A DNA stretch of 64,000 bases from Gemmatimonadota bacterium. Its GTDB lineage: Bacteria > Gemmatimonadota > Gemmatimonadetes > Gemmatimonadales > GWC2-71-9. Positions 8,235-16,106 of this stretch are shown here, piece by piece. Position 1 is the first letter of the stretch. Every line of letters begins with the position of its first letter. The notes below the pieces were generated by a model, which ran no database searches, was not told where the DNA came from, and worked only from the letters and a program-made list of their open reading frames with translations. The position numbers were made by a program, and so were the translations under genes. The stretch spans positions 1,972-65,971 of the forward strand of contig JBDHIS010000021.1 of the NCBI GenBank assembly GCA_039587315.1, read 5' to 3'.

Positions 8235-9596
8235 CTAGTGGGTGGGGCGGCGGATCTTGCGGTAGAGAGTGCGGCGGTCGATTCCGAGGATGTCGGCTGC
8301 CTGACTGCGGTGGCCGTGGGTGTGGTCGAGCACGGCCCCTATGTACTCCTGCTGCAGCCGGTCGAGCGACCAACCCTCGTTGATGGGCTTATCCCACGAG
8401 GATTTGTGAGGCCCCGGGCCGCCTGCGGGCGGGGGCGGCACGGCGGCCGGTCCGGAGGTCGCCACGACGAGCGCACGCTCCACCCAATTCCGCAGCTCGC
8501 GCACGTTGCCGGGCCAGTCGTACGCCGAAAGGCCCTCCATCACCGGCTCCGGGATATCCACGGGCTCCATGCCGAGGTCAGCGGCGATCGTGTCCCGAAA
8601 GTGCAGCACCAGCAGCGGTATGTCGGCGCGTCGCTCCCTGAGAGGGGGCAGCTGAATCGGGAACACGTTGAGCCTGAACCACAGGTCCTCCCTGAAGCGC
8701 CCTCCGGCTACCTCCGCTTGCAGATCCACGTTAGACGCGGCAACGAGACGGAAGTCGATCGGCATGTCGTGAGCGGCGCCAACCCGCTGGATGGTGCGCT
8801 CCTCCACCGCCCGCAGGAGCTTGGCCTGCATCGGCAGTGTGAGAGTCTCGATCTCGTCGAGGAAGAGGGTGCCGGAGGCGGCTTGCTCGAACAGACCTGA
8901 TTGGCTCACCACGGCGCCGGTGAAGCTCCCCTTGGTATGCCCGAAGAACTCGGACTCCAAGAGTTGCTCGGGCACGGCGGAGCAGCTCACCGGCACGAAC
9001 TTCTTCCCCCTGCGGGGGGATAGCTCGTGGATGATGTGAGCCATCAACTCCTTGCCCGTTCCCGTCTCGCCGCTCAGTAACACGGTGACACGGGTTGGGG
9101 CCACCTGCTCGGCCAGGTCGAGCACGCGGTCGACTGTTCGCGTGGTACCGATGAACGGCGCCGTGCCGTTCGGGCTGCGCCGCCGGAGGCGCGCTACCTC
9201 GCGGTGCATGTCGGCCTGCCTGAGGGCGCGCTCGCATCTCAGCACGACCTCACCGATCTCGAACGGTCGTGTGATGTAGTCAGTGGCGCCCATCTGCATC
9301 GCGTTGACCGCGGTGCGTACGTTGTCGTCGGCTGCTATGACGATGACCTGAGCGCTGGAGTGGATGGCGCGGGCCTTGATGAGGAGGCAGAGGCCCTCCT
9401 GGCCCGGTTTGCAAGCGGCGAGCACGACCATGTCGAAGTCGCGCCGGGCCAGCTCGTCCATGGCCCGCTGCCCGCACGGCGACACCGACAAGGCACAGCA
9501 GTCGCGGCCAACCGCCGCGCGTGCGACTGCCAGGCCTTCCGACTCGTCGTCGTCGACGACGAGGATCTGCGGCTGACGGGCAGAATCGGCAGCCAC
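8235..9596 (-). CDS. sigma54-dependent enhancer-binding protein (NtrC family) with a degenerate receiver domain
   Basis: Walker A GETGTGKE, a GSFTGA loop (GAFTGA variant), an AAA+ core and a C-terminal Fis-type HTH (ILGIDRRTLYRKI). The start was set at the GTG at 9596, with GGGGGGAGG just upstream. Confidence 0.9.
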   Translation of the reverse strand: MAADSARQPQILVVDDDESEGLAVARAAVGRDCCALSVSPCGQRAMDELARRDFDMVVLAACKPGQEGLCLLIKARAIHSSAQVIVIAADDNVRTAVNAMQMGATDYITRPFEIGEVVLRCERALRQADMHREVARLRRRSPNGTAPFIGTTRTVDRVLDLAEQVAPTRVTVLLSGETGTGKELMAHIIHELSPRRGKKFVPVSCSAVPEQLLESEFFGHTKGSFTGAVVSQSGLFEQAASGTLFLDEIETLTLPMQAKLLRAVEERTIQRVGAAHDMPIDFRLVAASNVDLQAEVAGGRFREDLWFRLNVFPIQLPPLRERRADIPLLVLHFRDTIAADLGMEPVDIPEPVMEGLSAYDWPGNVRELRNWVERALVVATSGPAAVPPPPAGGPGPHKSSWDKPINEGWSLDRLQQEYIGAVLDHTHGHRSQAADILGIDRRTLYRKIRRPTH

Positions 9597-9666
9597 CGCT
9601 ACCTCCCCCCCTTTGGACTGGGCGCCGGCCAAGGAGCGGCACACCCGATCTTCGGGTTGAGGCCAA

Positions 9667-9715
9667 TGTCGCAGTCGGCCTCCTGGGCCACAAGGGAGTG
9701 GGACAAACTGCGACA
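9667..9715. promoter_or_regulatory. inverted repeat TGTCGCAGT-N31-ACTGCGACA; candidate enhancer (UAS)
   Basis: Perfect 9-bp arms lie about 90-135 bp upstream of the -24/-12 element, inside the divergent intergenic region. Confidence 0.3.
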
Positions 9716-9801
9716 CATCGAAAACCAGGAACAACTCGGTCCCGATTGGACAACCCACTCGCCGGTGTGTGGTTGTGCCCTTCCGTGCGCTTCCCGGGCG
9801 C

Positions 9802-9818
9802 TCGGCACGGCAGTTGCC
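9802..9818 (+). promoter_or_regulatory. sigma54 (-24/-12) promoter
   Basis: TCGGCACGGCAGTTGCC compared with the consensus YTGGCACGRNNNTTGCW. GG and GC have the correct spacing, and 15 of the 17 consensus positions are satisfied (12 of the 14 that are constrained). It lies about 140 bp upstream of the ATG at 9960 and next to a sigma54 activator gene. Confidence 0.6.
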
Positions 9819-9959
9819 ACCACGAGAGGTGCCGAGATCCACGGCGGTGGCCGACAGCCGGCGGGGCGGGTCGTTTCCCGGAAACTTGCATGGCGGGCCT
9901 CCGCACAACTCGTGACCGCGTCGGCAGTCAATAGGCCGGCGCGAAACAAGGAGGTTCGC

Positions 9960-11192
9960 ATGAGGCGGTCGAGACGATGGTTGGGTGTAGTGACGGCTGC
10001 CGTCGCCCTCGTGTTCCTGGGCGGCTGCGCCGACACACCGACGGATGTTGCGCTGGCGAAGGGCGGCGTCCCAGGTGCACCCGAGGGGAAGGGCAAGCCC
10101 AACGGCGAGGAGACTGCGGGCAACAACCTGTCGTACCCCGTCATCTGGTCGGAGGGTGTGCAGAAAGTGTTGCCCGGTACGCCTGGCATGGTGCCGGTGG
10201 TGCAGGGTGAGTGGTGGTACTGGTGGGGCACTGAGGGAGCGGATCCTGACATCACGCCGCTCAGCTGCCTGCCGGATCCGGACGACAACGCGCTATGCGA
10301 CGACGGCGTCGAGGGGCAGGCGACCGGCGCGACGCCGGGAGTCGGGCACGAGGCCGACCTCGTAAAGGCGTTCGTTCAGAAGGACCCGCTGAACCAGTGG
10401 CAGGCAGCTTCCGGCACTCCGGCTGAGTTCGGTGTGGACCAACTGGACGGCTCGCTGTACGTGGACTGGATCGACTGGGGCGACAACCTGGAGTCGGTAG
10501 ACTGGTACACCAAGTCACAGGTGCGCACCGAAGTGGTCCTGTTCCAGGAGAACCCCGATCCGCTGGTCCCCTGGCTCGAGTACGGGATGCGCCACGTGGA
10601 TGGCTGGGGCATCGACGAAGTCCATGGTCTGGCGGCCAGCATACCCGGCGATGTTCCCGAGATCGGCCCAGGATCGATGGCGACGGTGTTCTCTCCTTGC
10701 GCGCGGCTCACGATCCAGAAGCTCACGAAGGACCGGGATGATCCGACGCTCAGCACGACGTGGAACTCAGAGACCCACCAGTGGGATGGCGACGTCAACG
10801 CGCCGATCTTCAACCTCCCCGTATGGTCCGCCGGCGACGGTCCCGGCTACTACAACGCCGAGATCAACGTCAAGGGTCGGATCATTTTTGGCTACACCTG
10901 GAACGTGCGCAGACTGAACGACGATGGGGCTGGAGACTATCGCGCCACGTTCAGCTTCGACCAGACCTGTGGTACCGCGACGCTCAACACGTTCTTCGTG
11001 GAGGGCGTCACCGAGATAATCGTGCCGCTGGAGGAAGAGGCCTTGTTGACGGCCGACGACGACGGCGGCGACACCGGCGGTGCGACGGCCATGCTGGATA
11101 CCGGGAACAACCTCACCTACATCGACATCCGGATCCTCGAGCGCGGAGGCGGTGGAGGCGGTGGTGGAGGTGGAGGTGGCGGCAAGCCATAG
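9960..11192 (+). CDS. orphan lipoprotein with a C-terminal 13-Gly tail
   Basis: AAGGAGG lies 5 nt before the ATG at 9960. Signal and lipobox: MRRSRRWLGVVTAAVALVFLGGC. Trp/Asp-rich body with no motif I recognise. Ends ...ILER-G13-KP. The track ORF start at 9204 is read-through antisense to the activator gene. Confidence 0.75.
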   Translation: MRRSRRWLGVVTAAVALVFLGGCADTPTDVALAKGGVPGAPEGKGKPNGEETAGNNLSYPVIWSEGVQKVLPGTPGMVPVVQGEWWYWWGTEGADPDITPLSCLPDPDDNALCDDGVEGQATGATPGVGHEADLVKAFVQKDPLNQWQAASGTPAEFGVDQLDGSLYVDWIDWGDNLESVDWYTKSQVRTEVVLFQENPDPLVPWLEYGMRHVDGWGIDEVHGLAASIPGDVPEIGPGSMATVFSPCARLTIQKLTKDRDDPTLSTTWNSETHQWDGDVNAPIFNLPVWSAGDGPGYYNAEINVKGRIIFGYTWNVRRLNDDGAGDYRATFSFDQTCGTATLNTFFVEGVTEIIVPLEEEALLTADDDGGDTGGATAMLDTGNNLTYIDIRILERGGGGGGGGGGGGGKP

Positions 11193-11325
11193 ATGAAATC
11201 ACTCTCGGCCGGGTTCGCTTCAGCGGCGCTGCGGCCACCCCCCCAAGGGCGCGCACAAGACGCCGTTGTCCTGGGCCCGGCCACCCAAGTCCCAGATCCC
11301 GGGCAGGTTGACTGAGGAGGGGATC

Positions 11326-12345
11326 ATGAATGGAAAGAGCAGGGCGGCGGCGCGCGGCGCAGGGCGGCGCGCCCTATGGCTCGGCGCACTGATTGGTGTC
11401 GCCGGTTGCGCCGTGGATGGCGGTGTCGGACCGGCACCGGACTTCGCGGCGGCAGGACTCAGCAGCACCGGCCACGCGACGGGCAACATCGAGATCGTAT
11501 GGCCTGGCGGGAAGGGGAAGGAGATCGCCCCTGGGGAAGAGAAACTGGCGTTTGCCGAGTTCAATGCATTTCCGGCAACCGACAGGCAGCTCGCACGGGG
11601 AACGTTTGTATACCGCGTGCTCAACGCCGATGAGAGCCCGCACCGGGAGATCACGGCGAACGTGACCGGCGCCTTCGTGGACCCCGCGACTGCAAAGGCT
11701 TGGTTCGTGGGCCTGGTGGAGTCCGACGTCAAGATCTGCAGTGGGGGCGGGGGCTCGTGCGACGGGCACGATGACGGTACGACGCACGACGATGGCGGAT
11801 GCACTCACGATGACGGCACCACGCATGACGACGGTGGCTGCACCCACGATGACGGAACCACTCACGATGACGGTGGATGCACCCACGACGATGGTACGAC
11901 GCACGACGATGGCGGATGCACTCACGATGACGGCGCAACGCATGACGACGGTGGCTGCACCCACGATGACGGAACCACTAACGATGACGGTGGATGCACC
12001 CACGACGACGGCACGACGCACGACGACGGTGGCTGCGACGGCGGGGGCTCGGAGCCGGGTGGCGGTGGGCACGGGAGCGTGCCCGGCAAGGATCCTCGAG
12101 TGGGGCAGGTAGTGGTATTGAAGATGCACGACGTCGCTACCCCGGGTGCCGACGGCGACGGTGTCACGTGGAAGTGGTTTGCCCCTGAGAGCTGGGAATG
12201 GTTCGAGGACGTGGAAGGGCTGCGTCCGGCGCTGGGTCCGCTCGCAGGTGAGGGCGCGGACAAGGCGGGGCCGACTGAGTGGCCCCACCTGTGCAAGAAG
12301 ACGATCATCGGCGGGAACCTGGTAGTGCACCTGCCGAACAAGTAG
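11326..12345 (+). CDS. orphan lipoprotein containing a (HDDGTTHDDGGCT)x7 repeat
   Basis: GAGGAGG lies 5 nt before the ATG at 11326. Lipobox LIGVAGC. A His/Asp/Cys repeat block is embedded between two non-repetitive halves. Confidence 0.75.
   Translation: MNGKSRAAARGAGRRALWLGALIGVAGCAVDGGVGPAPDFAAAGLSSTGHATGNIEIVWPGGKGKEIAPGEEKLAFAEFNAFPATDRQLARGTFVYRVLNADESPHREITANVTGAFVDPATAKAWFVGLVESDVKICSGGGGSCDGHDDGTTHDDGGCTHDDGTTHDDGGCTHDDGTTHDDGGCTHDDGTTHDDGGCTHDDGATHDDGGCTHDDGTTNDDGGCTHDDGTTHDDGGCDGGGSEPGGGGHGSVPGKDPRVGQVVVLKMHDVATPGADGDGVTWKWFAPESWEWFEDVEGLRPALGPLAGEGADKAGPTEWPHLCKKTIIGGNLVVHLPNK
11767..12039 (+). repeat. 7 x 39-bp in-frame tandem repeat with 117-bp higher-order periodicity
   Basis: Units start at 11767, 11806, 11845, 11884, 11923, 11962 and 12001. 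At the DNA level unit 1 resembles unit 4, unit 2 resembles unit 5 and unit 3 resembles unit 6. Confidence 0.95.
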
Positions 12346-12484
12346 TGGAAGGGGGTCCGCCCGTGGGGGTCCGTGGCCAGCACGTTCGGCCACGCAACAA
12401 CGACCGCCCTGCTTGACCCCTCGGGCGGACTTGCCCTGCGGGACACACGCATCGCGGAGGCCACTCCATAGGCCGGCCGAGGAG

Positions 12485-12784
12485 CTAGTGGTCCACCAGC
12501 GCCCACCCCCTGTGGTGCCGGCAGGCGCCGCGGACCTTGCGGTAAAGTGTGCGGCGGTCGATACCCAGAATGGATGCCGCTCTGGTCCGATGGCCACCGG
12601 TTTGGTGCAGCACCGCAATGATGTACTCGCGCTCTACGTGCTCGAGGGTCCAGCCCTCCTTCAGCGGCCGGTCCCATTCCCAACCGGTGTCACCCGGATC
12701 GAGCACCGGACATAGGCGACGTCCCACGGGAGCCCTCGCCAGAGGTGGCGCCCTGCTACTTGGTTGACTGACCGGGAGGCCCAC
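12485..12784 (-). pseudogene. orphan Fis-type HTH fragment; probable remnant of a second sigma54 activator
   Basis: WDRPLKEGWTLEHVEREYIIAVLHQTGGHRTRAASILGIDRRTLYRKVR aligns with the last ~55 aa of the 8235-9596 protein. There is no AAA+ domain, no SD and no convincing start. Confidence 0.4.
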
Positions 12785-12857
12785 AGGTAACGGCGATGCA
12801 CCGGATCGATCCCGCGCGCCGGTGGTCCATGCCCAAGGGTTATATTCCCACTCCCAC

Positions 12858-12941
12858 GCCCGAGTGGTGGAATGGCAGACACGCGGGACTCAAAATCCCG
12901 TGCCGGTTAACGGCGTGTGGGTTCGACTCCCACCTCGGGCA
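12858..12941 (+). tRNA. tRNA-Leu (anticodon CAA)
   Basis: I folded it by hand. Acceptor GCCCGAG/CTCGGGC. Anticodon stem CGGGA/TCCCG with loop CTCAAAA. Long variable arm GCCG-TTAA-CGGC. T arm GTGGG-TTCGACT-CCCAC. Discriminator A. No encoded CCA. Confidence 0.9.
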
Positions 12942-13061
12942 TGACAGCAAGGAGGACAACTTGGAGGCCCGCCGAAGTTCGGTGGGCCTTGAGTGATCAG
13001 GCTCACTGGCCGTCCACCAAACCGGCTCTACTTTGGTACGGCCGACTCCAACGCATGTCGA

Positions 13062-13841
13062 ATGGCTCCAATGCACACTTCCAAGCCAAACCAAACCAAG
13101 CGGTTCTTGAGACTCAGCCTGCTGGCCTCGGTGCTGGCGTGGTCGGGCTGCTCCGGGGGACAATCCGCCCCGGCTCCCCAGCCTGAGCCTGTTTCCTCCG
13201 ACCGGAGTGCGGATCTCGCTCGGACCGTGGACCAGCAAGCCGAGCGCATTCGTTCGTTGCAGGAAGAATCGGCAGATCTTCAGCTCCAGGTCCTGGGGAA
13301 GGAGGCGGAGGTCGCGGAGCTTCGAGCGAAGCTCGATGAAGCCATCCAGGAAGTCGTACGGACCAAGGCGAAGCTCCAGAGCGTCGAGAGCCGGGCCGAG
13401 GCCGCTTCCACGATGGCGGAGGCGGAGATAGCCCTGAGGACCGTGCGGGACGCAGCCGCCGAGCCGGGCCCGGAGGTCTTCGAGGCCGAGCAACTCCTGC
13501 AGATGGCTGCCCGGGAGTTCGAGAACGAGAACTACGGCGGGTCGCTCTATCTGGCGAGCCAGGCCCAGAGTCTCGTGAGCATCGGACAGGTGCGGCTGGG
13601 GGGAGACGATCTACCGGGACGCACCGGTGAGGTGCTGTTTCCCATCCCGCTTCGGATCGAGGTAGCGAGAACCAGCAACGTGCGGGAAGGACCGGGGCTC
13701 AACTTCGACGTTCTCTTCACCCTGCAGGCCGACGCTCCGCTGATGGGTCTCGCCTACAAGGATCAGTGGGTGCGGGTCAGAGATGCCCGCGACCGCACGG
13801 GTTGGATTTTCCACGCGCTGGTCCGCGGATCGGACCGCTGA
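13062..13841 (+). CDS. lipoprotein with coiled-coil and C-terminal SH3-like domains
   Basis: Lipobox LAWSGC. Heptad-like region QAERIRSLQEESADLQLQVLGKEAEVAELRAKLDE. C-terminal ARTSNVREGPGLNFDVLFTLQADAPLMGLAYKDQWVRVRD resembles bacterial SH3. The start is approximate. Confidence 0.6.
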   Translation: MAPMHTSKPNQTKRFLRLSLLASVLAWSGCSGGQSAPAPQPEPVSSDRSADLARTVDQQAERIRSLQEESADLQLQVLGKEAEVAELRAKLDEAIQEVVRTKAKLQSVESRAEAASTMAEAEIALRTVRDAAAEPGPEVFEAEQLLQMAAREFENENYGGSLYLASQAQSLVSIGQVRLGGDDLPGRTGEVLFPIPLRIEVARTSNVREGPGLNFDVLFTLQADAPLMGLAYKDQWVRVRDARDRTGWIFHALVRGSDR

Positions 13842-13844
13842 GAC

Positions 13845-15517
13845 CTACGACCCCTTCGGTTTCTTAGACGGTTTTCCGCGCGCCGATTTGCCGCGCGCGC
13901 GGGGCGCCGTCTTGGCCTTGCGCACTGCGGCACCCACGACACGATTCCTGCCACGTCGCTTGGCCTGATACAACGCAGCGTCCGCGGCGGCAATTAGCGA
14001 CTCGGTTGTGTCGCCGTGCTGGGGATACTCGGCCAGCCCGATGCTCAGGGTGAGGGGAACGCCTTCGGCGCCTTGCGCCGCTTCCTCGGCAAACCGGGTC
14101 CGAATGCGTTCGGCCACCTCCCGGGCTCCGGAGAGCCCCGTCTGCGGGAGCATGACGAGGAATTCTTCCCCGCCGTATCGCGCCGCGTAATCGACTTCCC
14201 GAATGCAAGCAGCGAAGACTACCGCGATCTTGGCCAGGATCTCATCGCCGGCCAAGTGCCCGTGCGTGTCGTTGTACTTCTTGAAGTGGTCCAAGTCTAT
14301 CATCACAACCGTGAACGGCTCTTCATGTCGGTCGGCCCGCGCGATCTCCATGGCGACCGAGACCATGAGATGATTGCGGTTGTACAGGCCCGTCAGCCCG
14401 TCAGTGACCGACAGCTTCTCCAGCTCCTCGCGTCCGCTCCGGAGCCGGCCCACCATGGCATTGAACACTTCGGTCAGATACCCTAGCTCGCCGCGCGTGA
14501 CGACCGGCAGGTCCACCTCCAAGTCGCCTCCGGCAACGCGGGAGGCTCCGGCCGTGAGGCGATTCAGCGGCCGCACGATCAACAGCACAAGCACGTACGC
14601 GACGAGGCCAATGCTGAGCAACAGCGCGGATAAGACCAGGATGGTCTGGTTGCGCAACTCGGCGATTTGGACGAACGCTTCGTCCGTCGCGATCTCGGCC
14701 ACTACCGCCCAGTCGGGTTGCGGGACCGGATCCAGCGTCCCGACCACTTCGTTGCCCAAAGGGTCGACGTACTCCAAGGACCCGTCTCCCTGGACTGCGA
14801 AGAGTGCCCGCGCAATCGACGGCGTGAGCCGAGTCCTCATGAGCCCCGCAGGCACGAGGCGGGAACTCACCATGATGGCGCCGTCGCCGCGGAAGACGTA
14901 CACGTGTCCCGTCGCACCCGGTACCACCTCGCGCAGCGCCGCATCGATGGCGTGGAACGTGACCTTGGCGGCGAGGGATCCGCGCAAGATGCCCCCGTCG
15001 TCGATTGGCACGACGATCGTCATGGCTACCTGTTTCAGACCTTCATCCCAGTAGACCTGCCCCCGGACTTCATCCTCCTCGGTGACGCGGCTCAACCAGT
15101 CTTCCGGGAGCTGGAGCTCTTCTGGAGGCGCCGTGCCGGCCGCCACGGCGCCGTCGGGCGTGAGAATCGAGATGTTCTCGTAGTCCGTGGTGCGGTCGCG
15201 CACGGACGTGAGATAGTCGTTGAGGCGGCGGGCCGCCTGTTCTCTCTGACGACGAAGGAGCCGGCAAAGACCCGCAGCTCGTAGAACCGCTCCTTGAGCC
15301 ACAGGTCGGTCACCCGCGCACCATGCCGGCTGACGTTCTGCAGCTCGGCGGTGATCTTCTCCGTGAGTGCCCGTCTGTTGTGGACGTAGGAGAGCCACGT
15401 CGTGGTCAGGGAGGGAATGAGGGTCGCGATCAGGGCAAACACCAAGATCCTGCGCTTGATGCTGTCCAGTCGAAAGGCGTGGAGAAAGTTCGCGGCGTAA
15501 CGTTCCCAGGAACCCAA
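13845..15517 (-). CDS. diguanylate cyclase (TM, periplasmic sensor, TM, HAMP, GGDEF) with an apparent 1-nt frameshift near 15245-15255
   Basis: GGEEF active site (ARYGGEEFLVM) and HAMP (RPLNRLTAGASRVAGGDLEVDL). The N-terminal TM and sensor start (track ORF 15092-15517) is in a different frame from the rest (track ORF 13845-15728). The 1673-nt span is not a multiple of 3. Confidence 0.8.
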
Positions 15518-15763
15518 TGCCCCTCCTCGAGCGGTCTCTCAGGATACGTGTGGCCTCTCGGCCATGCAATGGGGTTTGGCTGCCCTGCCACAAGAGACCC
15601 TGGCAGCCGTTGCGCTCCACCACCACCTGGGGCTCGGGACGCTCTCGGCGAGGGCGTTGGTCTGGCGGAGGCGGGAAGGGCCACGTATCCTGCTGGGTGT
15701 GACTCGGTGGTGCTCGATACTCACACAAGCCGGCACGACTCAGAATCCCGCGGAGGAGATATC

Positions 15764-16030
15764 GTGACGCCTGATGTGCTGATGGTGAGCATCGTGATGG
15801 GCGCTCTCGCGTTCACTGGGACAGTAGCCTCGACCGCGTGGGCGGTGGTCCACTTCAAGCTCAAGAAGAAGGAGCTGGAAGTGCAGGGCGGTGATCCGGA
15901 GTTGGGAGCGGAGGTTTATGCGATGCGCGAAGAGCTCAACGACGCGCGAGCACAGTTGGCCGAAATGCAGGAGCGCATCGACTTCACGGAGCGCATGCTG
16001 ACCGCCGGGCGTGCGCCCAAGCAGGGCTGA
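15764..16030 (+). CDS. small membrane protein with a C-terminal coiled coil (hypothetical)
   Basis: GGAGGAG lies 5 nt before the GTG at 15764. TM segment LMVSIVMGALAFTGTVASTAWAVV. Helical tail ELNDARAQLAEMQERIDFTERML. Confidence 0.5.
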   Translation: MTPDVLMVSIVMGALAFTGTVASTAWAVVHFKLKKKELEVQGGDPELGAEVYAMREELNDARAQLAEMQERIDFTERMLTAGRAPKQG

Positions 16031-16066
16031 GGCGAGCCGCGGGAGGCAGACACTCCGTTAAGACGA

Positions 16067-16089
16067 ACGGCCCGCCATTGGCGGGCCGT
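16067..16089. terminator. hairpin between convergent genes
   Basis: ACGGCCCGC-CATTG-GCGGGCCGT. Confidence 0.4.
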
Positions 16090-16106
16090 CTTGCTGCACG
16101 GGACCC

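Noticed and set aside
11767-12039. Regular 39-bp repeats as a possible CRISPR array
   Set aside because: The units are contiguous with no spacers, lie in frame inside a lipoprotein gene, and encode a conserved peptide. No cas genes are present in the window.
12785-13061. Integrated mobile element at tRNA-Leu
   Set aside because: No integrase, excisionase or phage genes lie on either side. I did not see a direct repeat of the tRNA 3' end. Only the activator remnant hints at an old rearrangement.
15518-15728. N-terminal extension of the 627-aa GGDEF track ORF
   Set aside because: From about 15250 upward, the 13845-15728 reading frame gives Pro/Arg-rich sequence with no TM segment. The genuine N-terminus, with its TM and sensor start, lies in another frame (15092-15517).
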